Counted from the first letter of the stretch, positions 37,827-50,669 are shown. The stretch: DNA of 64,000 bases from Octopus sinensis (GCF_006345805.1 NC_042999.1:38812001-38876000), one strand, 5' to 3'. Notes: generated by a model not told the origin, from the sequence alone. A program made the numbers and translations.

Positions 37827-40773
37827 ACATCAGAGGACTGCAAACACTCAGTAACAGGACAAAGATCCCGTTCCTGAGAGACTTTGTTGCATGCAATCAA
37901 GCCTTATGCATAGCACTTACAGAAACGCACCTGAAACCGGACATAGCAGATGCGGAGTTACACATACCACAGTATGCTGTACTACGGACCGACAGGAAAG
38001 AAAGGAGTCATGGAGGTGTTGCTATGTACATCCGTGAGGACCTCACACCCCAGGTCCTCTTGTCATACTCAAACTCGGTGTGTGACACACTAATTGTACA
38101 TATCAGGCAACTTGATGTAGTTGTGTGTGCTACATATCGCCCTCCAGATGCCCCAAGCCATGTGGGCAAGTTTGAAGACTGCCTTATAAAAATAGAAGAA
38201 ATTCTAACCACATTAGAACAACACATAGGTGTGCTTCTTATGGGAGACTTCAATCTGCCCAATGTCAGATGGCCCGAGGGCCTTTCTCTCCCAGGAATGA
38301 CAAGATGTGAACGAGGACAGGCGAGGTCCCTCCTGAACCTCATCAACACCCTGTACATGGAGCAGGTAATACTCCAACCAACCAGGGCAGGAAACACACT
38401 GGATCTCTGCTTCACAAATGACATGGATCTCATCCATAATGTGAAAGTGACACCGACACTACTCTCGGATCACAACATGATAGAGCTGACCATGTACGGG
38501 CCAAAAGAGAGCACGGACATGCAGCCTACAAGAAACCCTCAAAATCTTTCCAGCTTGAACTACCATAAGGCAAACTGGAAACAAATTGAGAAAGAGATCC
38601 TCAAACAAAACTGGCCTAAATGTCTCTCCTCGCCAGACATCGACGTGAAACTTCAACAATTCATGTCTGTAATGCAAGCCATATGCTACAAATGTGTCCC
38701 AGAGAGAAAGGCCACTGTACACAAGAACAAAATCCCCAGAGAGAGGAAAATTTTAATGAGACGGCGTACGAAATTTTCAAATCGCCTAAACAAACAGATT
38801 GAAAGCAGTGAAAAGTCCCGCCTAAAAATAAAACTGTTGGAAATTGAAAAATGTCTGCAACTCTCCCATGAAAAAGAAAGAGCAGACAGAGAAGCCTGGG
38901 CTATAGAAAACATAAAATCTAACCCCAGAGCTTTCTACAGGTATGCCAAAGAAACAGCTACAGTGCACTGTAGAATAGGGCCACTCCTCGAAAAGGATGG
39001 CACACTTACAGGAAAACCAATGAGGGTAAGTGAAATACTGAATGAGCAATTCAAGAGTGTTTTCACTCCACCCCTTGGGCATCTCCAAATCACCAATCCA
39101 ACTGACTTTTTTAACACTGCAGATATAAAATCAGAGGCGGCGACGATAGATTACATCGATATAAAGGAAGAAGATGTAACCAAGGCTATAGATGAAATGA
39201 AAACAGACTCAGCTACTGGCCCCGATGGATTCCCGGCAATCCTCCTTAAAGCATGTAAGAGAGTCCTAGCAAGACCACTGCAGTTCCTCTTTCAGAGCTT
39301 CCTTGCAGCTGGCAAACTTCCAGGAAAACTGAAGGAAGGTAAAATATGCCCCATTCATAAAGGAGGTAGCAGAGCGGAAGCCAAGAACTATAGACCTATC
39401 TCTCTGACCTCACACATCAGCAAGGTCATGGAACGAATAGTCAGAAGAAAGCTGATCACCTTCCTTGAAGAGAATGACTTGCTGCCCGACACCCAATATG
39501 GTTTCCGACCAGGGAGAAGCTGTTTAACTCAGCTCCTACAACACTATGACTGGGTGCTGAAACGGCTGCTCAACCACTCAAATGTGGAAGTGATATATCT
39601 CGACTTTGCAAAGGCCTTTGATAAAGTCGATCATGGAATGATATGTCACAAACTGCGTGATCTCAACATAGTTGGAAAACTGGGAGAATGGCTTCATGAC
39701 TTTCTGAAGGATAGAAGTCAGGTGGTAGTAGCCAATGGGGCCACCTCCATTAACACACAAATAGTGAGCGGTGTTCCGCAGGGCACTGTTCTGGGACCAC
39801 TACTGTTCATAATGGCCCTCTCAGACATGCCCTCAGCCACGCAGAGAGCCACGATCACAAGTTATGCAGATGATACAAAAGTTTCACAGGCAATACAGAA
39901 CCCTGAGGACACTAAACACCTGCAATGTGAGCTGGACGAAATATACAAGTGGGCTGAAAAGAATAGCATACAGTTCAATGCTGGAAAGTTTCAAGCTTTA
40001 TACTATCAGCATGCAAAACTGAATGCAATACCCAATGAATACACTGGACCGGAGGGATTGCAATCCCAGAGGCACAATCAGTGCGTGACCTGGGTATTCA
40101 CATGAGTGATGACGCGACCTTTCATGTACATGTTGCTAAACTGACACTGAAATGTAGACGGCTGGCTGGATGGATTCTTAGAACCTTTAGAACAAGAGAA
40201 CAAGAAACCATGATGGTCCTCTGGAAGACACTTGTCCTAAGCCACTTTGACTATTGCTCTCAGCTATGGTCACCATCCAGTGTCAAGTTGATCACAGAAC
40301 TTGAGGCGACCCAACGAAGCTACACAAAGAAGATAGCCTCTATGCAGAATGTAAGCTACTGGGAAAGACTCAAGAGATTAAAATTATATTCCCTGGAGCG
40401 TAGGCGGGAAAGATATGCCATAATATACATCTGGAAGATCCTGGAGGGAAGTGTCCTGAACTTTGGCATCGAGAGTTACGCAAATGCCAGAACTGGGCGC
40501 CACTGCGTGGTGCCTAGGACTCCAAACCTGCCATCAAGATGTAGGACAAGATTCTGTGATAGCCTGGGCTTCCGAGGCCCACAGCTCTTCAATATCCTCC
40601 CGAAGAACCTGAGAGACCTGCATGGGGTGGATACAGATGTCTTTAAAATGAAGCTGGATCTCTTCCTGTCAGGTGTCCCAGATGAACCAACTTCACGGCA
40701 GGAGGGGCAGATGAGGGCAGCTGCATCGAACTCTCTCATGCACCAAATAGCAGTTGCTAGAAAGCCTCCATGA
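37778..40773 (+). CDS. CR1-group LINE ORF2 (APE endonuclease + RT) with one frameshift at ~40055
   Basis: LLLNIRGL, LTETHL, GGVAMY, MGDFNLP, LDLCF and SDH (APE); YRPISL, LDFAKAFD, GVPQGTVLGPLLF, YADD, RDLG and YWERLK.LKLYSLERRRERY (RT/C-terminus). Adding one G at GAGGGATT joins the 37670-40105 and 40081-40773 ORFs. Confidence 0.92.
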
Positions 40774-40980
40774 AGTGAAACCAAGTAGCAACACCAAATG
40801 GCAGTGCCCCAGCATGGCCACAGCTCATAAGCTGAAACTAGAATCAATCAATCAATCAATATAAAATAGAGAAGAGTGAAAAAACTACAGAAGGCTTGTT
40901 TTATGAGGTTAAAGAATATATTTAAGTCGTTATGTTAGAAGAACGTTATAAAATGTTTCATACAGTAAAATAGTTTTTGA

Positions 40981-41017
40981 AGAAATTACCGGTCTCGTGT
41001 TAACTTTTCAAATTTCT
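40981..41017 (-). ncRNA. Minimal HHR copy with GAAA>GAGA core mutation (probably inactive)
   Basis: Reverse complement of 42049-42085 except CGAGAC. Confidence 0.55.
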
Positions 41018-42048
41018 CAAATGTCTTTACCTACATCGTGTTATGTCTTCGTAATGTAGTGCAAAGAAGAGTTCCAGGTAGGGTGAGGTAATAAGCGATT
41101 TCTTCCGGTATAAGGGTGATAATCGCTTTATATTTCTTTTCCCTTATTTAATGGGGTGAGTTTCTTTGTATGAGAATGTTAGAATGGTTAAGTTTAGGCT
41201 TATATTTTTCAATGAAGAATGTTTGCTTGTTTAATCTAATTTGTGTTGGTGTTCCAATAGCACATTGATAGAATGTAAAGATCAAAACTTGTAGTAGTAG
41301 CTGCTTTGCGCATTTCTCAATATGCTCACTAAAGGGTATCAATCTGTATTCTGGGAATGCAATCTGTTGTCGATACAGAGTGCATCTACGTCTGAGTGAT
41401 AATCCCGTGGACCCCACGTAGTTTTGGCGGAAGTCCGAGCACCTTATGACATAAATTATGTTTTCAGAAGCACAAGTAAAATTAGATCTGATCTTGAATT
41501 TTTTGTCACTCTTTGAAAAGGAATTCTGATCCTTCTAGAAGGAAATTCTAAAGTTTGGGCATGTTGCGCAGTTTGGTAAGATCTAATTTTACTTGTGCTT
41601 CTGAAAACATAATTTATGTCATAAGGTTCTCCGTCTACCACCAAAACTACGTGGAGTCCACGAGATTATCACTCAGACGTAGATGCACTCTGCATCGACA
41701 ACAGATTGCATTCCCAGAATACAGAATGATACCCTTTAGTGAGCATTTTGAGAAATGCACAAAGCAGCTACTACCACAAGTTTTAATCTTTCCATTCGAT
41801 CAATGTGCTATTGGAACACCAACACAAATTAGATTAAACAAGGAAACATTCTTCATTGAAAAATATAAGCCTAAACTTAACCATTCTAACATTCTTATAC
41901 AAAGAACTCACCCCATTAAATAAGGGAAAAGAAATATAAAGCGATTATCTCCCTTATAGCGGAAGAAATCGCTTATTACCTCACCCTACTGGAACTCCTC
42001 TTTGCACGACATAACGAAGACATAACACGATGTAGGTAAAGACATTTG

Positions 42049-42085
42049 AGAAATTTGAAAAGTTAACACGAAACCGGTAATTTCT
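42049..42085 (+). ncRNA. Minimal HHR, U3-A8 variant with covarying stem II
   Basis: AGAAAT-TTGAAAA-GT(TAAC)AC-GAAA-CCGG-TA-ATTTCT. Confidence 0.7.
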
Positions 42086-42245
42086 TCAAAATCTATTTTG
42101 CTGTATGAAACAATATATAACATTCTTCTAACATAACGACTTAAATATATTCTTTAACCTTATAAACAAGCCTTCTGTAGTTTTTTCACTATTTTCTATA
42201 TATCCAACCACGTTCTTTCACACACCAACTTTCTCATATATATAT

Positions 42246-42299
<54 letters not shown>

Positions 42300-43919
42300 A
42301 GTTATATACATATACATATATGTATATATATTTATATATGCATATTATTTGAACGACTATAATATTTTCCGTACATGTTATTTGTTCCTGATAATTTCTG
42401 TTAAATAACTAATATCGCCCTAGAGAACTGTATGCTGTATAATTAACTCGGAGTATTTTAGAAGGGTAAAAATTACTAATCATCCGAAGAATTGGTAACC
42501 ATCCATCACATATCACTGTAGTCTCTGTTATTGTTGGCGTGCAAGGAAAATATGTATTCATGTATTTTAGTTTCCACTGTGTAGGCGTGAATAACTACAG
42601 TCTACGTATGTACATATGCATGTTTATATACACACTTTTCATCATACATTAATACATAGACGCAAGTGCAGTCACACACACATACACTCACGCTCTCACG
42701 CATATATATATATACATATCCACATACACACATGTGCAAATATACACCCATACATACACTTATGTATACATGCATTGCATTATTTATGCATACGCAATGC
42801 ATGTATCTGTGAAAAATATAAGAATTTTATTTAAATTGTTTTGGAGGCGACTATACTCTCTCGATATTACGGGTCTGTCAGAGGTTATTTATATTTATCA
42901 ATTTATTCTCCCAAACATCGACAAGGGAAAGGCTGTGAATTTCAGCTGTCAGATTAATCATTCCGAACTGCGCAGAGCGGAAGCAGTTCAACCTCAGGTT
43001 TTCTTCCGATAAAATATTTAAAACCCGAATTATTGAAATATATTTTTAAAACATAGGCCTCTGCGTTTCTTTCCGAATCTCTTTGCTTCTGCTTTCATTT
43101 ATTTATTCCTGCTGTCATTATACCTCTCACAGTCTGAATATACTATAAAACAAATTCATTCAATCTTTTGGAAAGATGTTGGAATACCAATTGCAAGATT
43201 AATACGTCTGGTCTGAACAAAACCAATCTATATCGATCTCATTTATTCCTTTTGCTATGAGGACTTTAATTCCGAAATATTGTAACAAGTTGCGATAGTA
43301 ATCCAGAGATTTTAGTTTTCTGGTTGTTTTTAGTGTGGTAACTTACAGTTCAGTTGTGTTTACTAGAAAAGTAGGAATATTTTAATGTCCATTGGCATAC
43401 GAAATATATTCAGATGAAAGCCTCTATGTTATTTTGATGTCATTATGCTTAAGCCAACTTAAATTTGGAATTGTTAGTCAATCGGAGTAAACGTAGGACG
43501 ATAGTTTGCCTGATACTACTTATCTGTGGAGGAAGGAATGGTACGATTTCAGTTTTATTCTCTTTTTATGAGATAAAAAATTTTAATATAAATCAAAAAA
43601 GGAAAATATTTTTCCTTTCTAAATTTCGCTTTGATGTTGTCTCTCAGCTTCTATTTTGGTGGCATTTAAAGCATTTTCCTCTCGAAAATGAAGTGTGCAG
43701 AACAATACAGGGTCGACCTTCAATTTCTTCTCTTGAAAAATTATATGTTAAAAATGGAAATATTTATTTTTGTTTTAGTCTTGGATTTTTTTATCTTCCA
43801 ATCCGTTATTTGCATCTTGCCTATCAGAAGCGTGCTAAAGGCCTGTTACTCTACTTCACAATGCTTCATGTAAACTATGCAATTCTGGTGAAATTAAAAT
43901 GCGTAAGGCTAAATATGCT

Positions 43920-44329
43920 TCTCTTTTACTTGCTTCAATCATTTGACTGCGGCCATAATGGAGCACGGCCTTTATTCAAGCAAATCGACCCCAGGACTTA
44001 TTCATTGTAAGCCTAGTACTTATTCTCTCAGTCTCTTTTGCAAACCGCTATGTGACGGGGACGTAAGGAAACCAACATCGGTTGCCGAGCGATGTTTGGA
44101 GGACAGACACAGACACAAACATATGAACACACATACATATACATATACATATATATACATATATACGACAGTTTTCTTTCAGTTTCCGTTTATCAAATCC
44201 ACTCACAAAGCTTTGGCCGGCCTAAGGCTATAGTAGAAGACACTTGCCCAAGTTTCCACACAGTGGGACTGAACCCGGAATCATTTGGTTGGTAAGCAAG
44301 CTTCTTACCACACAGCCACTCTTGCGCCT
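43920..44329 (-). mobile_element. SINE family A, full length
   Basis: Head to tail on the minus strand: GGCGCAAGAGTGGCTGTGTGG ... AAGCAAGTAAAAGAG. Confidence 0.85.
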
Positions 44330-44864
44330 AAAATATTTTAACTTAATCTCTGTCGAAGTTAGTGTGCAAAATTAGTAAACCTAATATGCACCTGTTTATA
44401 CTCATTCAGTATCCAATGTAAGAGATACCGTGATATAAGTTGAATGTGTAAAATATTGTTATTGCAAAGTTTGGCTTTATATTTAAATTTCGTTATATTT
44501 CAAATTTCTATTGCATCTAGTTTCTGAACAAGGTTTATGAGATTCCAGAGCGATACATACAAAGAACAGTTTTCTGATGAAAATAATCGTTAATATATAT
44601 ATATATATATATACATATATAACGATAAGATCGATATTATCTCCAGGTTGTGTTTGAACATTTAATGGGGTTTTAGGTTCAAGTGTGACTACTATTCCCA
44701 GCGTGGTCGTATATCATAGATACCCTGAATTATAATTATATATATATATGTGTGTGTGTATGTATGTTTGTATAAAAAAACGCTTCCCATATTTCTCTAT
44801 TACACGTTTTTGGTGAAAATTGGATTCTCTGTACTGATGACAGAATATCTAATTAAATATTGAA

Positions 44865-45275
44865 TTTATTTCTTTATTGCCCACAGGAGGCTAAACATAG
44901 AGGGGCACAAACAAGGACAGATACGGTGATTAGGTCGATTAGATAGACCCCAGTGATTAACTGCTACTTATTTAATCGACTCCGAAACGATGCAAGGCAA
45001 AGTCGACCTCGGCGGAATTTGAACTCCGAACGTAACGGCAGACGAAATAACTATTTCTTTACTACCCACAAGGGGCTACACACAGAGAAGACAAACAAGG
45101 ACAGGCATATATATTAAGTCGATTACATCGACCCCAGTGCGTAACTGGTACTTAATTTATCGACCCCGAAAGGATGAAAGGCAAAGTCGACCTCGGCGGA
45201 ATTTGAACTCAGAACGTAACGGCAGACGAAATACGGCTACGCATTTCACCCGGCGTGCTAACGTTTCTACCAGCA
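44865..45275 (-). mobile_element. SINE family B, partial tandem of two copies
   Basis: Two successive CCCACA..GGCTA.ACA...GTCGACCTCGGCGGAATTTGAACTC units; the B box reads GAGTTCAAATTCC on the minus strand. Confidence 0.8.
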
Positions 45276-45314
45276 TAACAGATTAGTTAATACTGTTCTA
45301 TGTTTTAGAGATAC

Positions 45315-45590
45315 GGAATCATGTACATTATTTACAATGGACAGATAGGTGCCCTCTCTGTTTCTTGTTATCAAAACGTCTCAGGTGATGTACTCTCCAG
45401 TCTCCTTCAGGTGTTCTGTTTGAATTTCGAACCCAACCTTTTATTTGACTAATGAAGTACATTGTTCTCATTCCTAACGGATGTTGCTGGTGTTATTTTT
45501 CTATTGATATTCGTTTTCATGTCCCTGCCTGTGATTGAACTTAGAATCCGAGTTAGCATTCCGCGCTCGTATCCACTACAATGTTACCCA
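45315..45590 (-). mobile_element. tRNA-headed short element with decayed HHR-like motif
   Basis: Head TTGTAGTGGATACGAGCGCGG...AAGTTCAATC; downstream ACAC-CTGAAGG-AGACTGG...CACCT-GAGA-CGTT. Confidence 0.6.
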
Positions 45591-45592
45591 CA

Positions 45593-45850
45593 GGCATATA
45601 GCGTAGTGGATAGGAGCGCGGGCTACTAACCCTCGGATTCTAAATTCAATCCCAGGTAGGGACTCGAAAAATAATATCAACAGAAAAAGCAATATACCTT
45701 AGGAATGGAACCAGTGTAACCCATTAATCAAATGAAGGGTTGGGTTCGAAATTCCACAAGAACACCGAACGAAAATTGGAGAGTATATCAACCGAAACGT
45801 TATGATGACAACAAACAAGATGAGGACATCTATCCGTCCATTGTAAAGAG
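45593..45850 (+). mobile_element. tRNA-headed short element with decayed HHR-like motif (inverted partner)
   Basis: A-box TAGCGTAGTGG and B-box-like ATTCAATCC; ACAC-CGAACGA...CAACC-GAAA-CGTT at 45762-45801. Confidence 0.6.
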
Positions 45851-46421
45851 ATTAGTTGGTGTAGAAAATGAACACAAAAGTGAAGAATTCTCCCAAAACA
45901 TGGATCTGCGTCTAAAATTGAAAGACCATTTAATGTTACTATATATGATGCAGTGAACATTAAAATGCTAGAGAAAGAATTATGCTGTAATAAAAAAAAA
46001 TCAATATCAATTAATTACAGATACTTCTGTATTTATAGACAGATATGAATGGTTGAAAATTCGAGACATATTTCAATAGGACAGACATCCGAAAAGCACA
46101 AATTTCACTATATTAATAAAGATATTAATGAGAGATTAATTAAAAAATATGTACGCTAATATTCTGAGATTGTCTAAGTAACGTATTGTCACATTTGAAA
46201 GAATAAAAGCCTTACCTGCAGCAGAAAAATAATAAGGAAATCTCATTTACTACCATGAATACAACGAAGTAAAAATTATTCTGTTCAATTTACGTGTGTG
46301 TACCTGTGTGCGCATCTGCATGTGTGTGGAAAGGAATGCGTTTGTATGATTGTTTGTGTACGGTATGTGTGTGAGAGAGAGTCTGTGAGAGTTTATGTAA
46401 TTGTGTATAAGCGGATATATA

Positions 46422-47685
46422 CGAGATATAGTCAAAACGTATCCAAACTCGATATTTTTTAATAAAACAATGATGCGAAAGCAAAATTCGCATAGGTAGT
46501 AGTTGATGCTTACTTCCTGCGTATGCGCAAAAATTTTTGTGTCTGTAGGTTGCACCGTTCCCCGGCAGTAATGCGTTGAGTAGGCTGTACGATTCTTCTT
46601 TTGGAGTCAGGATGACATTGTGCATTGAGCAAAGATACTCTCTCTCTCTTTTACTCTTTTACTTGTTTCAGTCATTTGACTGCGGCCATGCTGGAGCACC
46701 GCCTTTAGTCGAGCAAATCGACCCAGGACTTATTGTTTGTAAGCCCAGTACTTATTCTATCGGTCTCTTTTGCCGAACCGCTAAGTGACGGGGACGTAAA
46801 CACACCAGCATCGGTTTTCAAGCAATGCTAGGGGGACAAACACAGACACACACACATATATATATATACATATATACGACAGGCTTCTTTCAGTTTCCGT
46901 CTACCAAATCCACTCACAAGGCATTGGTCGGCCCGGGGCTATAGCAGAAGACACTTGCCCAAGATGCCACGCAGTGGGACTGAACCCGGAACCATGTGGT
47001 TGCTTAGCAAGCTACTTACCACACAGCCACTCCTGCGCCTACTGTATCAAATTCTGCTAAAAACTTGATGATACGCAAGTCCAGAGTATCGAGAAAGTTC
47101 AGAAGGCATTTGGAGACGATACTATGGGAAAAGCAAATAAAGGAGTGGTGCAAACTGTTCAAAGATGACCGCACCTCAGTCGACAGTGAGCCATGTTGTA
47201 GCAGACCATCGTCTAGCAGAGACTACGAAATGATAGCAAATGCTTGAGGAATAGTTTATGAAGTCCGTCGTGTGACTATTGAGAAGATTGTTGCCGAGGT
47301 TGGAATCAGCCATATGTCAATATAGTCAGTTCAGTCCAGTCAGATCATTCAGCCTACGTCGTGCAAGCATTCCTCTCAAGCAAACACACCACTAGTTCGT
47401 CGTGTTTCCCACTCTGTGTGGTTTTGGGCTATTCCCAAAGCATAAAAATACAATCAAGAGGAGAAGATTTAAGTCAACAGAAAACATTAAGCAAAATTCG
47501 ACGGCGAAGCTCTACATCATCCTAAAAGGTGATTTCGAGAAATTTTTCCAGCTTTGGCAGGAAGGATGATAGAAGTGTGTAAACTCCCAAAGCGAATAAT
47601 TTGAAAGAGGCAGAATCAAAATGGTGAATGTTTTAATATTACTTGTTGTTTGGTCAAAGGTTGGATACATTATGACTACACCTCG
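46422..47685 (+). mobile_element. Internally deleted mariner element with ~27-bp TIRs and TA TSD, interrupted by a SINE
   Basis: TA|CGAGATATAGTCAAAACGTATCCAAAC ... GGTTGGATACATTATGACTACACCTCG|TA; coding remnants IEQRY|CIKF, KAFGDD..G...IKEW...FKD and FQ.WQE...KCV. Confidence 0.85.
46630..47040 (-). mobile_element. SINE family A, full length, nested in mariner
   Basis: Complete head and tail; splits the mariner EQRY-CIKF codons. Confidence 0.9.
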
Positions 47686-47701
47686 TATGTTCATATATAT
47701 C

Positions 47702-47917
47702 TACACGACAGATGATGAAAGTTCCTGGCTATAATGTAACGGCATGGCTGGAGGACCAAAATTCTGATTTCTTTTGCAGAGCTTAGAAAATCTGCAGAAC
47801 CGCTGCAATAAGTGTGTGAATATAAGAGGGGAATATATTCAATAAAATCATAATTAACTGATACTCCTATATTTTCTTTTACCCAAAACCAGGAACCTTG
47901 CAGCACTTACGTCGTTA
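47702..47917. mobile_element. Mariner-derived MITE
   Basis: Degenerate inverted termini GATGAAAGTTCCTGG / CCAGGAACCTTGCAGC; internal remnant resembling a transposase C-terminus (NRCNKCVNIRGEY). Confidence 0.6.
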
Positions 47918-47948
47918 TATATATGTGTATGTGTGTATATATATATGC

Positions 47949-47985
<37 letters not shown>

Positions 47986-48024
47986 AAGAGAAAGGGCGAC
48001 AGAGAGAGAGGAGAAAGAGAAAGG

Positions 48025-48084
<60 letters not shown>

Positions 48085-48149
48085 AAAGTCGTCAGAATTT
48101 TGGAAAAAAATATTTTTATTTCGTTTTCTGTCGAACTTGTCAAATATAA

Positions 48150-49215
48150 TTTTGTGAATATACAAACAGTTTGTTCATTTATGTAAAACATGTCTCGGGG
48201 TTAGGTTTTTTTAGAAGAGAACATTCTTTTTTTTTGGTGGGGAGGGCGTGGGTTGAGGTTACATGACGATGGAGATGGATAGATAGAAATATAGGCAGGT
48301 CGATAGGCTGATAGATAGATAGATATTTAGATAAGTAGATAGATAGGTAAATAAAGATAGGTAGTCAGAGAGATAGACAAGTTAGTAAAGGGAGAGAGAA
48401 AGAGAGAGAGAGAGAAGTGGCACCCCCCTTCCTAGTCACCATTTAGTTATTTATTTAGTCATTTACCATTGTATTGGAATGAGTTTAAGGAAGATGACCT
48501 CTTCAAAAATATAATAAAAAGTCATTTTGCTTTCTTTCTCTCTTCTCTTTTTCCCTCTTTCTTTTTCTCGTCTTTGAGTTATATTTAGAATACAAAATGT
48601 ACTGTCTCTCTTTCCATACATTCAAATTTGGAGGGAATTTTTTGATGAAATGTAGTTCTGTTTGAAAAAGCATTAGTATAGTATTTGCAAATTAACAATT
48701 TAAAATAAAATAAATATATAAAATAAAATGAAAAAATGTATATACATTTATATATATACGTAAAGCTAGAACATCGGAATGCACGCACACACACACACAC
48801 ACGCACAGACTTCATCAATGGATTCTCAACAAAATTGAATGTTTGAAGATGGAGTGGATTATTTGCATTTTTTATTCCAAATGTGGCTCATTTCTACAAA
48901 TGTTCAGATATATATATATATATATGTATGATTGTGTGTGTGTGTGTCTCTGTGGGTGCGCGTATGTTTGTGTGTGTGCGTGTGTTTGTGCGTGTCTGTG
49001 TGTGTGTGTGTGTTTGGGAGCATGTCCATATTTATACTATGTAACTTCGATCACGCCTCTTTCAGTTTCAGGATTTTGTATTAAGGAACACTTACAAAAT
49101 GTAGTGTCTCCGCTTTTCTTTCAAACCTTCAAATTTGGAGAGAAATCTTTGATGAAATGTAGTTCGATATCTATTCGTTATGGCGGATCTTCCCGTGCAT
49201 ATTTGTAAAAGGGAA
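48150..49215 (+). repeat. Unclassified ~1.1-kb dispersed repeat, copy 1
   Basis: Colinear with 55925-57000, e.g. TTATATTTAGAATACAAAAT, TTCAAATTTGGAGGGAATTTT, GTAACTTCGATCACGC and CACTTACAAAATGTAGTGTCTCCGCTTTTCTTT. Confidence 0.8.
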
Positions 49216-49599
49216 AAAAATTTGAAATTTGAAACGCACTTCATGGGCGTTTATTTACAAACGTCATCAAATATTCTGTCTCAATACTGAAATTAATTAA
49301 TATGCGGCGCGATGTCTTAATAACAATTTATTGATATGAATCAAAGTAAAATTGACACCGGATATTCACTGAAGTTTTCGTTAGTAATTGAAAGTTATGC
49401 TCACTGCCTTCGTGGAATGCATAACTTAACCAATGAAAAGATTTTACAGGCAAGTGAAACTTGTTACTTTAATCATTCAATTCACTGTTGTTCCTTATTA
49501 ACACTGTGCCAGAGCAGTGATGATTATTCCACAAATATATACATATATGTCTATTTATCGCATATATTAGTTTCAAATTTTGGCACAAGGGTACCAATT

Positions 49600-49773
49600 T
49601 CTGGGTTTAGTCGATGTTGCCCTCAGGGCTCAACTGATAGTAATTTTATTGACCCCTAAAGAATAAAAGTTTATCGCGACCACATCGCAATTTGAACTCA
49701 GAGCGCGAAGACGGACGAAGTACCGCAAAACATTTTGCATGGTGAGCTAATGATTATGCCAGCTCACCGCCTC
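49600..49773 (-). mobile_element. SINE family B, degenerate
   Basis: ATTTGAACTCAGAGCG...GCCAGCTCACCGCC is the reverse complement of the family B head. Confidence 0.6.
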
Positions 49774-49804
49774 ATTCAACGCACATATTAAAAAAGTATG
49801 TGTG

Positions 49805-50313
49805 TGACCGCCTTCATTCATGAATGACCATGGGATTGCAACTGAAATGTTACCCTCCGAGGCGCAAGTCTGGGCAAGGTTGTTTATGGAAGACCAGCAG
49901 TCGCTCATGCATATCAGCCTCTCCCTTCCACGCCACCGATGTTATCCAATGGAAAGGCTACGACAGATACAGCTTGGTACCAGTAACGTCGCAGCTAATT
50001 TATTTACGTGCAAGTGGCTGGGCACTCCACAGACACGTGTACCCTTAACATAGTTCTCGGTGAAATTCAGCGTGACACAGAGTGTGACAAGGCTGGCCCT
50101 TTGAAATACGAGTACAACAGAAACAGAAAGAAAGAGTAAGAGAAAGTAGTGGTGAAAGAGTACAGTAGAGTTCACCGGCCACCACCTGCCGGAGCCTCGT
50201 GGAGCTTTACGTGTTTTCGCTCAATAAACACTCACAATGCCCGGTCTGGGAATCGAAACCGCGATCCTACTAACGCAAGTCCGCTGCCCTAACCACTCGG
50301 CCAATGCGCCTCC
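49805..50313 (-). mobile_element. Chimeric SINE: family C head with a third body type
   Basis: The head matches the 17.95-18.07 kb head; the body CAAGTGGCTGGGCACTCCACAGACACGTGTACCCTTAAC is shared with 58.8 kb; the distal module differs. Confidence 0.7.
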
Positions 50314-50606
50314 ACATTAAAATTGTATACTGCTAGACAATACAGTACCATCAAATATATGCATAACAATAAAATTACGTAAAAATATTTAATAATGTAT
50401 TTAACACGCAGGTGAAATACTTCCATGTAACAGAAAGAATAAGAATATTTTACTGGTTAAATTGATACGAAAATGAAATATCTGTTCAAAGAGCCCGAGA
50501 GATTGTACGGCATTGAACTATTTGTTGAATGATTTCCAAGCAGACATTTGCACTTACACAAACACTCGCCCATGCACACAGAAATACATATATGCAGGTG
50601 TGCTTG

Positions 50607-50661
<55 letters not shown>

Positions 50662-50669
50662 ACGGGAAG

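Larger units (their letters stand above)
36127..40860 (+). mobile_element. Near full-length CR1-group LINE with (AATC)n tail
   Basis: ORF1 + ORF2, a short 3' UTR and (AATC)n at 40842-40860; including the 5' tandem array is an inference. Confidence 0.85.
40861..42240. mobile_element. Second fold-back PLE (3' fragments of a sister subfamily)
   Basis: Minus arm ~40861-41575 and plus arm ~41578-42240 encode a GIY-YIG clearly homologous to 5677-6057 (ORFs 41148-41417 minus, 41555-41923 plus); the arms are inverted copies. Confidence 0.9.

Noticed and set aside
43252-43290. CTATGA-GGA...TCC-GAAA...GTA
   Set aside because: Core deletion and an offset stem I, with no associated element; may be chance.
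45593-45665. Possible functional tRNA gene
   Set aside because: A/B boxes are present but there is no complete cloverleaf; it is the head of a repeat.
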